Assembly: GCA_002269645.1 (NCBI GenBank)
Contig: NIVC01000136.1
Span: forward strand, 186,001-250,000
Source: Macrostomum lignano
Lineage: Eukaryota
Length of the DNA: 64,000 nucleotides
Direction: 5' to 3'
Shown here: one piece after another, positions 34,519 to 44,766 of the stretch
Layout of the letters: the number at the start of each line of letters is the position of its first letter
How positions within the stretch are numbered: position 1 is the first letter of the stretch
Made by a program: the position numbers and the translations under genes
Notes under the pieces: generated by a model
The model's database searches: none
Seen by the model: only the letters and a program-made list of their open reading frames with translations
Told to the model about the DNA's origin: nothing

Positions 34519-36122
34519 ATGGCTTCCAAATGCTGTGTGTTATTGACTGCAATTCTGGATACGCGAATGCAGCACCGACAGGGAAGAAAATTAGCTTCTA
34601 TTCCTTTCCAAAAGACACTTCATTGCTGCAGTGACGGCTACATGCCATTCCGAACAAAAGTCAAAGTGCATCAGCATTTTAAATGTTCCAACACCTATCT
34701 TGGTAAGCAGTTAAAAAAGCCTGAATGCCCGCCGATTACAAGAGAACTCTGGCAACTTGAACACCTACTAGCATTCGCCGAGTTTATAAAAAAAAACTGG
34801 CGCTCAGGTGCAGCAGGAAAGAACTGCTTGACGAGTGAAACAGTCGGTAGCTTCATTTAGACGTGTTCTGCGATTCCGAAACTTTGCTTAAGACTACTTG
34901 CTACGGTGCACTTTCAGAATGCTTTGTTTGGAAAGTTTTCTTCGGATCCCATCCAGAGGCAGTTCGGAAGGTACTGTGACGATTATCCGGCAGACTCGAA
35001 ATTAATTGATAAAGACAAACACGACAGAGGCTAATTTTGTAGCGGTAGCACTTGATGATAGTAGTGAATGATGCGGGCGGTGGCCGCAGTACGTACCAGT
35101 ATTTATTGTAACCGTATGAGTGGATAGTTAGGGCTCGTTATTATTAATTCCGTCTGGGTAGCTAATAGAGATAGGTCAGAGTACTTGCTGAATCAGTAAG
35201 AAAAGCACTGGGCGGCTACGCAACAATAAGATAGATGATAGGCGATAGATCGAGTCGATGAGCCTGAGGCAATGGCGACGATGTGATGGCAGTGATCGTG
35301 TGGTGGCGGTACTCGTAGCGAGAACCCGTTGCAGACGGTAGAGGTGGCGTGGTCGAGAATTGACGGTGGCAGTGGCGTGACTGAGACTTGGCAGAGGCGT
35401 GGTTTAGAGCCGTGGCGAAGCGAGGCGGAGAGAGAAGGCGGGTAAACAAGCCAACAATGGGTTGAAGGAACGAAGGGCAGCCGGGGGCGGTCTAACCCCG
35501 AGTGCCCCCGCCAGACAGGACTGATAAAGAGCGGGCTGGGTGTGGGTGCGCGAGGAGAACTTAATTTCAGGCTAACATAATTTATGCGCGGCTTTTCTAT
35601 TGGCCGGCGAGAAAAACAGGAATTATCGATCGCATACTGTACTTAGGCTTTACAAACGTAAGCAAGTTGTTTAAAATTCTTTGGACGCTACTTTAAGCAG
35701 CCGTGAGAGTACGAGACCATTAAATTAGCAATATTATAGATTGGTACTGTATGCTAAAACGGCCCTTGACGGGGCCACCTAAGCTGACAACGTCACACCA
35801 CCGACAGATGTCAGGTGGTCAATACTACATCAACTCGAAAAAAATTATTCAGTCTAAAAATAAGATTAGAGTGATGTCGCTTGCATCCATTTCTTATATC
35901 CATTGCCTGGCCTTGCGACATAAAGACTCAGGCTGCCTGAATGTCATGTTTTACATCTCAGGATATCTGTCAAAGTCCTCTGGTAAACGCTGTCATCATA
36001 AGTATCGACAGTTTCTGGTCAGCGAAAATAACTTTCCAGCATTGGAAATGCCAACTGAAAATTTAGACCTGAGGCCGGTAAACTCCGGCCGCGAACCTCT
36101 ATCCGGCCCTCGGGTCCTTTGA
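34519..36122 (+). pseudogene. Decayed, internally deleted THAP-domain P-superfamily transposase
   Basis: MASKCC(V)IDCNSGY..ISFYSFPKD..LLQ*RLHAIP THAP; GKFSSDPIQRQFGRY | RQMSGGQYYI; FYISGYL C-terminal region. Confidence 0.75.
34975..35797. mobile_element. 823-bp insertion with TGTGACG...CGTCACA ends (probable solo LTR)
   Basis: Splits FGRY|RQMSGG; 7-bp inverted termini; 4-bp flanks gtac/ccac are only a partial TSD. Confidence 0.7.
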
Positions 36123-36619
36123 AACTTCAATGGCAATTCGGCCCGCTCAAAGTTGATGTTGATGTCTCTTCTAAGTTCTCTCCTTTTGTTTCTCTTATCT
36201 ACTCTCTCATCTCCTCACCTTTCTTCTCTTCTCTCATTTCTCTCCTTTCTTTTCTCCTCTCACCGATCTTCTTTCTTCTCTCTCTCTCACCTTCTCTCAT
36301 CGCGTCTCCCATCTCGCCTCTCTTCTGTAATCTCGCTTCTCCTCTTTATTCTTCTCTCTCCCCATTCCCTCACCTTTCCACTCTCACCTGGGTGGGTCTT
36401 GGGGACGAGTTTGGCCGGTTGTTCCGCCCCCATTTGGAAGTGTCACTTCCATATGTAGAGTATTCCCTGCTTAGCGTAAAGAGGTGTATAAAATACACCA
36501 TAAACCGCCAACGAAAAAAAATCCGGAAATATTTTCCGGCAAGGAAACCTTAGAAGTTTCACATCTAAAGCAACCCGGCTGTCGCAAGAAACCAGTATTG
36601 TATAGAATTATCTAAAACC

Positions 36620-37079
36620 AAATGCCCAAGAAAACACTGCGTATGCTGTGGATTGACATAATCTGAAAACACAAACTTAAACACAGTTCGCACTGAAGAC
36701 TGCAAAATCAAAGCCCGAAATTCCGAAATGACATCCAGCACAAACAGAATTTCTTGCAGCAAGGCAGGTAAAAATGAGGCGCTGCATGGCGCAAAGGTTG
36801 CGAGTGACGCATGCAGAACCTCGGGATTCCAGACACTGTCTGGCAGAGAGTGCATTTAGTCACGGGATTCTGGCCAACCGAATCCCCAGCTGAGGCAAAC
36901 AGTCTGATGTAAATGGCAAACCGCGTTACGCGTCTGGAATGCGAAGTGCAGCCTGCAGTCACGTGAAATTTATGCCATGGGCAGGGAATGCTTCTTCTGT
37001 ATATAAATGCAGCCATTTTACAGAATGCAGCTGCAATCCTCAGCTTACCGATACAACAACGAAAGGTGAACTTGACTCG
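36620..37079 (+). promoter_or_regulatory. Conserved upstream/promoter region of copy B with TATA box at 37000-37007
   Basis: High identity to 55160-55671; TATATAAA about 80 nt before the ATG. Confidence 0.7.
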
Positions 37080-38219
37080 ATGCAGCTCTTTCAGTTGCGA
37101 GTTTCTGCAGCGTTGGCTCTGCTGCTCTGCTCGCTGGCAGCCGGCCGCCAGGTCTCCCAGTGCGCTCCCGCTGACTCTCCGCGGCTCCGCTTCGTGGCGC
37201 AGCTCAGCGTGAACGGCTGCGCGCTGTTCGTGCACGACACGGGAGAAAGACGGTCCGCACTTGGCAGTCGAGCCGCTCATGTGCGTGACGGACAGCCTGA
37301 GAGGCATTGTTCCCCGATTCGACTTCATCACACAGCAGCTGTACTTCAGCGTCCCTGTATTGATGAAGGATTCTGGAATGCTCGCAGAGGCTCAGCGTCA
37401 ACTACGGCATCTGTCACCGAGGTCTGTGAGCTTCGCCACGGTGACCAACATCAGCGTCTCAGCCGACAGCCGCTCATCGGTTCGGGTTTTGGGCTTCCCG
37501 TGGACTCCAAATGAGTCAGTAGCCACTCTGAGACTCGGCTTCGGAGAGAAGATCACATATGAAGCCCTAAATCTACGAGCAAGCATGCTGGGACTGGCGA
37601 ATATCGACCAATTGACCAAAGTTTTTCTGTTACCAAACACTCATATAAGCAGACGAAATAAAATTGAAAATTCAACAATCGAGACTCTAAAAAATGTAAA
37701 ACTCTCAGCTACTCTTCTGTCGAATGGCTGTTTCCATGAGGTTCAGAGCCGCATCATGCTGCAAAACGACAGCTTCATCGAAGTCGGCTTGTACAGGAAA
37801 AAATTCTTACCCGTGTGCCAACAGCTGCGGTTCAGTCGGTACGTCAAACTCGAGAACTGCTCTGTCCGAGTGCACCAGAGACTCGACATCAAGGGCCACT
37901 TCCTCATTGAGCCTCTGCTGTGCCACAACATCTCCAGCTTGAGCAGCGAGTCAGTCAGGTATGACTACAGCCGAGACATGCACTACCTGAAGCTGGATCT
38001 AGTGCTGCAAGATGAGGCCACACGCGATTCTGTGAGGACTCAGTTGGCCGACTTGTCGCCTCGCTCGGTCGACTTCATGCGGCTGTGGACTGCTGAGAGA
38101 TCAGTGAGCTCTTCGTTGAGTGCTCGGTTCGAGGTCGGTCCGCTGATGGCGTCGACAGACTGGAGGTCCGCTCAGCTGCGGCTGCTCTGCGGAAACTGGA
38201 CGGAGTGCCGCGATCTCAG
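37080..38219 (+). pseudogene. Copy B exon 1: signal peptide + two-repeat domain, 2-nt frameshift at ~37245
   Basis: MQLFQLRVSAALALLLCSLAAG; ggagaaagacgg vs ggagcgagcgacgg in C; donor ctcAG|GTtggc. Confidence 0.8.
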
Positions 38220-38610
38220 GTTGGCTGACATTTTCTAAGACATGTGGCAGAAGGTCTGACAATTCGTTCACCGTAATCAAAAACTTTAGTGCTGCTTTTG
38301 AGCTGCTCTTTTATGGACTGCTTCTTACAGCTTTAGGGAGACAAAAATACTTTTTTAGCATGAGTTTGGAAGCAGAGGATATTTGATTAGGTAAGTTTTA
38401 GCTGGCTCGAATTCCTGACGTAAATATCGCATAAGCACACATTGCACAGTTGTAAAGTTTATACGAGCGTAAAATAATTGAATGTCTGCGGCATCACTAC
38501 ATTCTAATATCATATACCAGGCATTATTGGCTTTAAAAACTTGCTCTGACTTTTTCTGTTTCATTCCTTCGTAGCACAATGCCGTTAAAAAAGTAATTGA
38601 CGACTTCCAG

Positions 38611-38948
38611 GGCTGCTGTGCTGGCGGAGCCCGCTGACCTGTGGCGACACGTGCAGTGGCGGGTGACGTCGCTGGTTGCTGAGCAGTGCCTTTCCAAGTA
38701 CAGCCAAATCACTTCATCATGGAGAATGAAAGCGCTTGTAAGCGAGAGCTGCTACAGTCTGAAGTCCTGCGCCAGGCTGCAATGCGCCTCTGCTCAACGC
38801 ACAGCGAACTCTTCCAGTGCGGTTCAACTGCAGCCAGACGGTCGCTGCTTCCTGAAGATTCAGCAGCGACTTACTGGCAGAGTGAGTTTCCAACGAAACT
38901 GGACTGAGTACGAGACTGGGTTCGGTGACGGCACTGACTTCTGGATCG
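38611..38948 (+). CDS. Copy B exon 2: linker and FReD N-terminal part
   Basis: ttccAG|G acceptor; FLKIQQRLTGRVSFQRNWTEYETGFGDGTDFWIG; G|GTGAG donor. Confidence 0.88.
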
Positions 38949-39549
38949 GTGAGCGGCAGTTTTGAGTCAACTAATGTTGTGTGACGAGAGAGGTAGCAGA
39001 TTTTGTGAATCTTATATTGAAATGCTAGTTGACTCATAAGCAATGACAAAAGATGAATTGAAAGGTTAGCTTCTCGGCTAATTAAAGGAATGTTAACTTT
39101 CAGTTGCGCCATGACTGCAATGCTCTACATTGACCTTTCCCGCCTTATTGGCGTTTCGGGCTCTCGGCTGGCTTCAGTGAGTCAGGAGGCTACTGTCATT
39201 ATTTTCAACGAGCTCACCAAAAGATATTGATGAGATTCTCTAGTCTCAGGAAGTTTGGGATAATTTGCTCTAGTCTGTCTTTTACACGGCCAGGACCCCT
39301 AATAGCAAAAATAGTGTGTTTCAGTTAGCAAAAAAGTTTATCCAGGAGTTGTCAATGAAAAGGATTTGGACTCTCCATCCAGACAACAAAATTTTCGAAA
39401 AATAGAAGTCCCAAAACTAATCTGACGCGAAAAGCAGTAGAAAGCAGTTTAGTCCATTACCAGCTGTTCGAACAAAAAACTTGGGCTTGCTGTGTTGGCC
39501 ATTACACTGCATTTGCTGAAATGAAGCAGCACCAGCCAGAGCAGCAACA

Positions 39550-41066
39550 AACTTCATTGTGCATTCCCAAGTTCGGCACTGTAGCACTCCTAGACTCCTA
39601 GGCATTACCCTGGACCGTACGCTCAGCTTTAACGCGCACGTCAACGACATCTGCAGCAGAGTCCTGTCCCGCTGCCGCATGCTGTCCTGCCTCGCGGCTC
39701 GGGACTGGGGTTGGCGCAAGGAGCGCCTTCGCGGCGTCTACCTGGCTATGCAGCAGAGCCTTCTTAACTACGCGGCCCCGGCTTGGCAACCTTGGCTTTC
39801 CAGCTCCTCCTTCGAACGCCTTGAGCGCGCGCAAAACCAGGCCCTCAGAATCGTCACGGGCTTGCACCGCTCGGCGCCGCTTGACGCTGTGCACCTGGAG
39901 GCCGGCATCGGCAGCTACAGGAACACCAGCGACCGCCTTTGCCTCATCGCCAGGGAACGCGCGCTCAGGCTGCCCAACGACCATCCTCGCGCCATCGCCC
40001 TCTCGGGCACCGTGCAACACCGGCTCGCCCGCAGTAGCTGGAGACTCCGCTCGGCTCAGCTCGCCAATGGCCTTGGCATTGATCTCACGCCGCGTTTGCC
40101 GCTCACACCGGCCTTTCCATGCCCCTGGCTGGACCAACATCTCCCGGCGATCCTAGCTGACAATCCTTTGCCTCCGGCCACCACGCCCCCGTTGGAGCGC
40201 TGTCTTGCCGCTCTTGACGTCATCCGGTCTCACCCGGCTGAGCTCGTCATATACTGCGACGGTTCGGCGGCCGGCGGCTCCGAGGCTGGCGGGGCGGCCG
40301 CTGTGGTCACCATCGGAGACCCGGCAGTCCCGACGACCGTAAAAGTCCGCACGGCCGCTGGCAGCCGCTACACCAGCTCCTTTGAAGAGGAACTCCGCGC
40401 TCTGGTCCTAGCGCTCGACTACCTCCGCTCGCACCCCACGCGCTCTGCCATCATCTGCTCTGACAGTCAGTCTCTTCTGCGCGCCCTTCAGCGTCCCTTC
40501 AGCCGCCTGGCCTCTTCTCTCCGCTTCCCGCACAACTGTCGCGCCCTCCTGTGGGTCCCGGGTCATGTCGGCATTCCGGGCAATGAACTCGCGGACCGCG
40601 CTGCTAACTCCGCTGCCGCCATCGCCGATGAAGCACCGCGCCCCAGCATCAGTTTTCCCACTGCCGCCTCGGTGATCCGCCGCACTCTGGCGGACAAGCC
40701 GGTCACCCACGCGAGATCTCGTCTCACCTACGCCTCCGCCGACGCCGACAAGGAACGTCGGCTTATTACTAACCGCAAAGACGCTCTCCTTCTTGCCCGG
40801 CTGCGCTCCGGCCACTCCAGCCTCTTCGGAGCCTTCCGCGCCCTCATGGACCCCACGGTGGATCCGACCTGCCAAAAGTGCTCCCTCGAACCAGACACCC
40901 TTGAGCACTGGATAGCGTGCCCTGCTCTCGAGGCCGCCCGCCGTCGCTTCATTGGAGCTCCGATCTCCCTCAGCAACTTGTCCGATTACCCTGATGGTTT
41001 GGTCGCGCTGGCCAGGTTCTGTATGGATCCTGGGCGCGTTTGGGCCATCTAACAACAACAACAACA
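39550..41066 (+). mobile_element. 5'-truncated non-LTR retrotransposon (Ingi/I-like; RT C-terminus, RNase H, CCHC-like end) in intron 2 of copy B
   Basis: RLLGITLDRTL..WGWRKERLR..; YCDGS, ICSDSQS, WVPGHVGIPGNELAD; (CAA)n tail; 12-bp TSD agagcagcaaca (39538-49, 41067-78). Confidence 0.9.
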
Positions 41067-41675
41067 AGAGCAGCAACAGTCATGGCTTCATCAGCCGACT
41101 CAGTTCTTCAGCTGCTCTTTGCAACTGACTGACTGTTAAATCATTTTTACATTTTTCATTTTCAGCTTTGAAGCTTAAATTATTTTTTCCGTCGTATTAT
41201 ATATAGTATCGACTTTTTGAGACGATAAACACTGCTGTACTTCGTCTTCCGATGCGAAGATCTGCTTCCCACTGGTCAATCAACATCCCCATCCTTGCAA
41301 AAATCGGTGCATATAGAAAATTTTGCGTTTATTTCTATGCAGACCAGTAAGCTTGGTCATGCAGCCAATTCTTTAACTAAAAAGTTGCACTGTCTATGGT
41401 ATGTATAAGATGAATGGCCTCATGACAGCCTTCTGATATATGCATGAAGTGCATGTATTGCATAGTTTGTAAAAGTCTGACTTGCGTGAAAGTTTTTCAA
41501 AGAATTCCGCTTGCGTAAGCGGCTCAAAATGGATCATTTAACCTTGCAATAAGCCTATTTATCTTTAATATCTGCTTTATTAAAACGCATATTTAGTTTT
41601 TTACATTTTCGTTAACATATGAATTGCGACGAGCCGAGCAGAAGTGACTCAGACTCAGCCGCTCTCCTCCCGCAG

Positions 41676-42091
41676 GTCTCTCCGCCATCCACTCGCTCAG
41701 CCAGGGCGGCGCCACCCTCAGAGTGGAGATGAAGCTGTGGAGCGGCTCTGAGCTGCATGCGGAGTACGCAGGATTCCAGGTGGGAGACGCCAGCACTGGG
41801 TATCGGATGACGTACCGAGAGATGCTGAGCCACAGGTCCAGTGTCAGCTGGAATGCTCTGGAGCTCAGCAAAGACATGCGGTTCTCCACGATGGACAGGG
41901 ACAATGACATATGGGGTGCTTCGTGCTCAAGCCGTTATGGAAAAGGAGGCTGGTGGTTTAAAGACTGCCATCAATGCAACCCTAGCGGACGCTTTCCTAG
42001 GCGAGACACACCAGATTCCAGATATATGGTCTGGTACTCTGGCTCTTTCTGGCTGTCTCTTCGTGAAATGTGGCTGCTGCTGCAGATTTGA
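41676..42091 (+). CDS. Copy B exon 3: FReD C-terminal part
   Basis: cccgcAG|GT acceptor; GLSAIHSL..LRVEM..AEYAGFQVGDA..FSTMDRDND..C..GGWWFKDC. Confidence 0.92.
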
Positions 42092-42394
42092 GCAGCAAAA
42101 TTGAGCAACTAAACAACGCACTTTGCTTATTAAAATAAACCTTTCATCGAATCGGATTTTAACTAAAGTGTTTTTTTCAGCAATAACAAGCATGCCTTTG
42201 CAAATATGTAACTACAAAACAATGCAGTCTAAAATTTCACTGATTGCAAGAGTTTTAAATTTAGTGACAGAAACTTTTAAATTTTGCGAGGTTAAACTCA
42301 ATAAACCAAAGTTAATAGAGGCAAACTATTTTCAACAATAAACTAACAAGAAAAGGTTAGCAACTAATCTACCAATCTACTGCTCTAACTGTCC

Positions 42395-43005
42395 TGTGTT
42401 TTTTGTTCTATCAGTACTGTGCTGTCTGTTCTATCAGTATTGTGCTGTCTGTTCTATCAGTACTGTGCTGTGTGTTCTATCAGTATTGTGCTGTCTGTTC
42501 TATCAGTATTGTGCTGTCTGTTCTATCAGTATTGTGCTGTCTGTTCTATCAGTATTGTGCTGTCTGTTCTATCAGTATCATGCTGTCTGTTCTATCAGTA
42601 CTGTGCTGTGTGTTCTATCAGTATTGTGCTGTCTGTTCTATCAGTATTGTGCTGTATGTTCTATCAGTATTGTGCTGTCTGTTCTATCAGTATTGTGCTG
42701 TCTGTTCTATCAGTATTGTGCTGTCTGTTCTATCAGTATTGTGCTGTCTGTTCTATCAGTATTGTGCTGTCTGTTCTATCAGTATTGTGCTGTCTGTTCT
42801 ATTAGTATTGTGCTGTCTGTTCTATCAGTATTGTGCTGTCTGTTCTATCAGTATTGTGCTGTCTGTTCTATCAGTATCGTGCTGTCTGTTCTATCAGTAT
42901 TGTGCTGTCTGTTCTATCAGTATTGTGCTGTCTGTTCTATCAGTATTGTGCTGTCTGTTCTATCAGTATCATGCTGTCTGTTCTATCAGTATTGTGTTGT
43001 TTTTT
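42395..43005. repeat. 23-bp satellite (CTGTTCTATCAGTATTGTGCTGT)
   Basis: Direct reading; same family as 61040-63180. Confidence 0.97.
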
Positions 43006-43039
43006 AGGTTTTTTTCAGAGTTATGACATAATTTATGCA

Positions 43040-44300
43040 AGCAGACGCGCTCCATGGAACTTCACTTACCTGTGGGTCATTTCGGAGCCGCACTGAGTTG
43101 TCTGAGTCGCAACGCAAGACGCATCGGGGGAGCAAAGTCTTCAGTTTAGAGTTCGCCTGCCAAGGCCTCATCAGGGCTGCTGAAAACACCGCTTCCATGA
43201 CAGAAAGCCCAGCTCGCATTGCTGAGATTGACCCGAGTCCAGCACGCGCTGGTATTGCAAATCTGACGACTGCTTGCTGGCATCCAACCGCAGAAACACA
43301 GGCGAGTTGACGTTTAACAGTTTCACACTTTCACACGCTGCTTCACGTTGGTGAATGATGCCTTGACAGCCACTCTGTAGTCAAACACGCGCTCCACTTT
43401 ACGAAGTTCCAGCAGAGGCCGCCAATTTTCAGCAAAGTTGGGAAGAAGTCGCCTTCAGAGCTGCAAAATCCCCACACCGGTCGAGATCCTTCCTGCTTCT
43501 CATAGCTTCTACATCCTAAATCATCTGCACCAATCCCGGATCCGGCCTTATCCTCTCCTCATCGATGATGTGGCCCAGGAACTTCAAACTGCTGGCCTTT
43601 TTAATGCACTTCGCTTTGTTGATTTTCACATTAGCCTCTCTCAGTTTGTCCAGCATTTTCTCTCCGATATTCTAAAGCTCCGCCTTCGACACCGCTCCAC
43701 GAGCACATCATCCTAATGTACGATGACACTTAGGTTGCTCACCCAGCAGCTTCTTCATCTCGCGCTAAAACATTGACGAAGACACCTTGATGCCGTACGG
43801 CAGCCTGTTCAAAGGGTAGCAGCCGAAAGGTGTGTTGACGGTGGTGATGTTCTTTGACTCATTTTCCAGCGGAACCTGCTAGTAAGCGTTAGACAAGTTC
43901 ACTCGGCATAACAACATCATCTTGTTTGCCGTGTTTGAGAATGCTGTCTCGATTGACGGAGTCAGATACGTCTGATCCTGCACCCACTTATTGACGACAG
44001 TTTAGTCTCTGCAGATCCTCACGAACATCTTGTCGGACTTCACCGTCACTACTATGGGGCTGGCCCACTTTTCAACAGGATCTCGCCAACTGCTCCCTTG
44101 ATGACCAACAAGCTCTCGTAACTGTTGCTTCTGGACAGCTTGGCTTCATTTGAATGGTGAGCAGGCAGCGAGCTGAGCAGATCTCAGCTGAGTAATCCAA
44201 GTTCTGCTAGTCTTCAATGACGGGCAGCTCCGCCGCAACGAAGCGGCCATCAGAGCCAGTCTTCACCAGGCACTCCGGCATGACCGTCCTACACAAGCAT
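43040..44300 (-). pseudogene. Heavily decayed Gypsy RT/RNase H fragment
   Basis: NLSNAY*QVPLENESKNITTVNTPFGCY..RLPYGI; KINKAKC..LKFLGHIID; multiple stops. Confidence 0.8.
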
Positions 44301-44329
44301 CTGAGACTTTTGTTTATTTTATTTTATTT

Positions 44330-44670
44330 TATTGTATTTTAGTATAGTTTATTAGTTTAGTTTAGTATAGTATAGTATAGTATAGTTTAATTTAGTTTAG
44401 TTTAGTTTAGTTTAGTTTAGTTTAGTTTAGTATAGTAATAGTTTAGTTTAGTTTAGTTTAGTTAAGTTAAGTATAGTTTATTTTAGTTTAGTTTAGTTTA
44501 GTTTAGTTTAGTTTAGTTTAGTTTAGTATACTATAGTTTATTTTATTTTAGTAAGGTATAGTTTAGTTTAGTTTAGTTTAGTTTAGTTTAGTTTAGTTTA
44601 GTTTAGTTTAGTTTAGTTTAGTTTAGTTTAGTATACTATAGTTTAGTTTAGTTAAGTTTAGTATAGTATT
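44330..44670. repeat. (TTTAG)n microsatellite forming the 3' tail of the Loa-like LINE
   Basis: Direct reading; abuts the LINE 3' UTR. Confidence 0.92.
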
Positions 44671-44766
44671 GACTTAAACTTGACTCAGCTGCAGGGCTTT
44701 CCCGGGGGGACACAGCGGGAAGGCGCGAGCGCCCATTCCGCTAATCCCTGAACGGCCGACGCGTCG

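Noticed and set aside
36119-36553. Hydrophobic S/L/F-rich ORFs (also 10757-11376)
   Set aside because: Derived from CT-rich low-complexity tracts, the latter inside an LTR
42396-43096. Long Cys/Val/Leu-rich ORFs (CCLFYQYCAVCS...) here and at 61062-63350
   Set aside because: Translations of the 23-bp satellite, which lacks stops on one strand; open in all three frames
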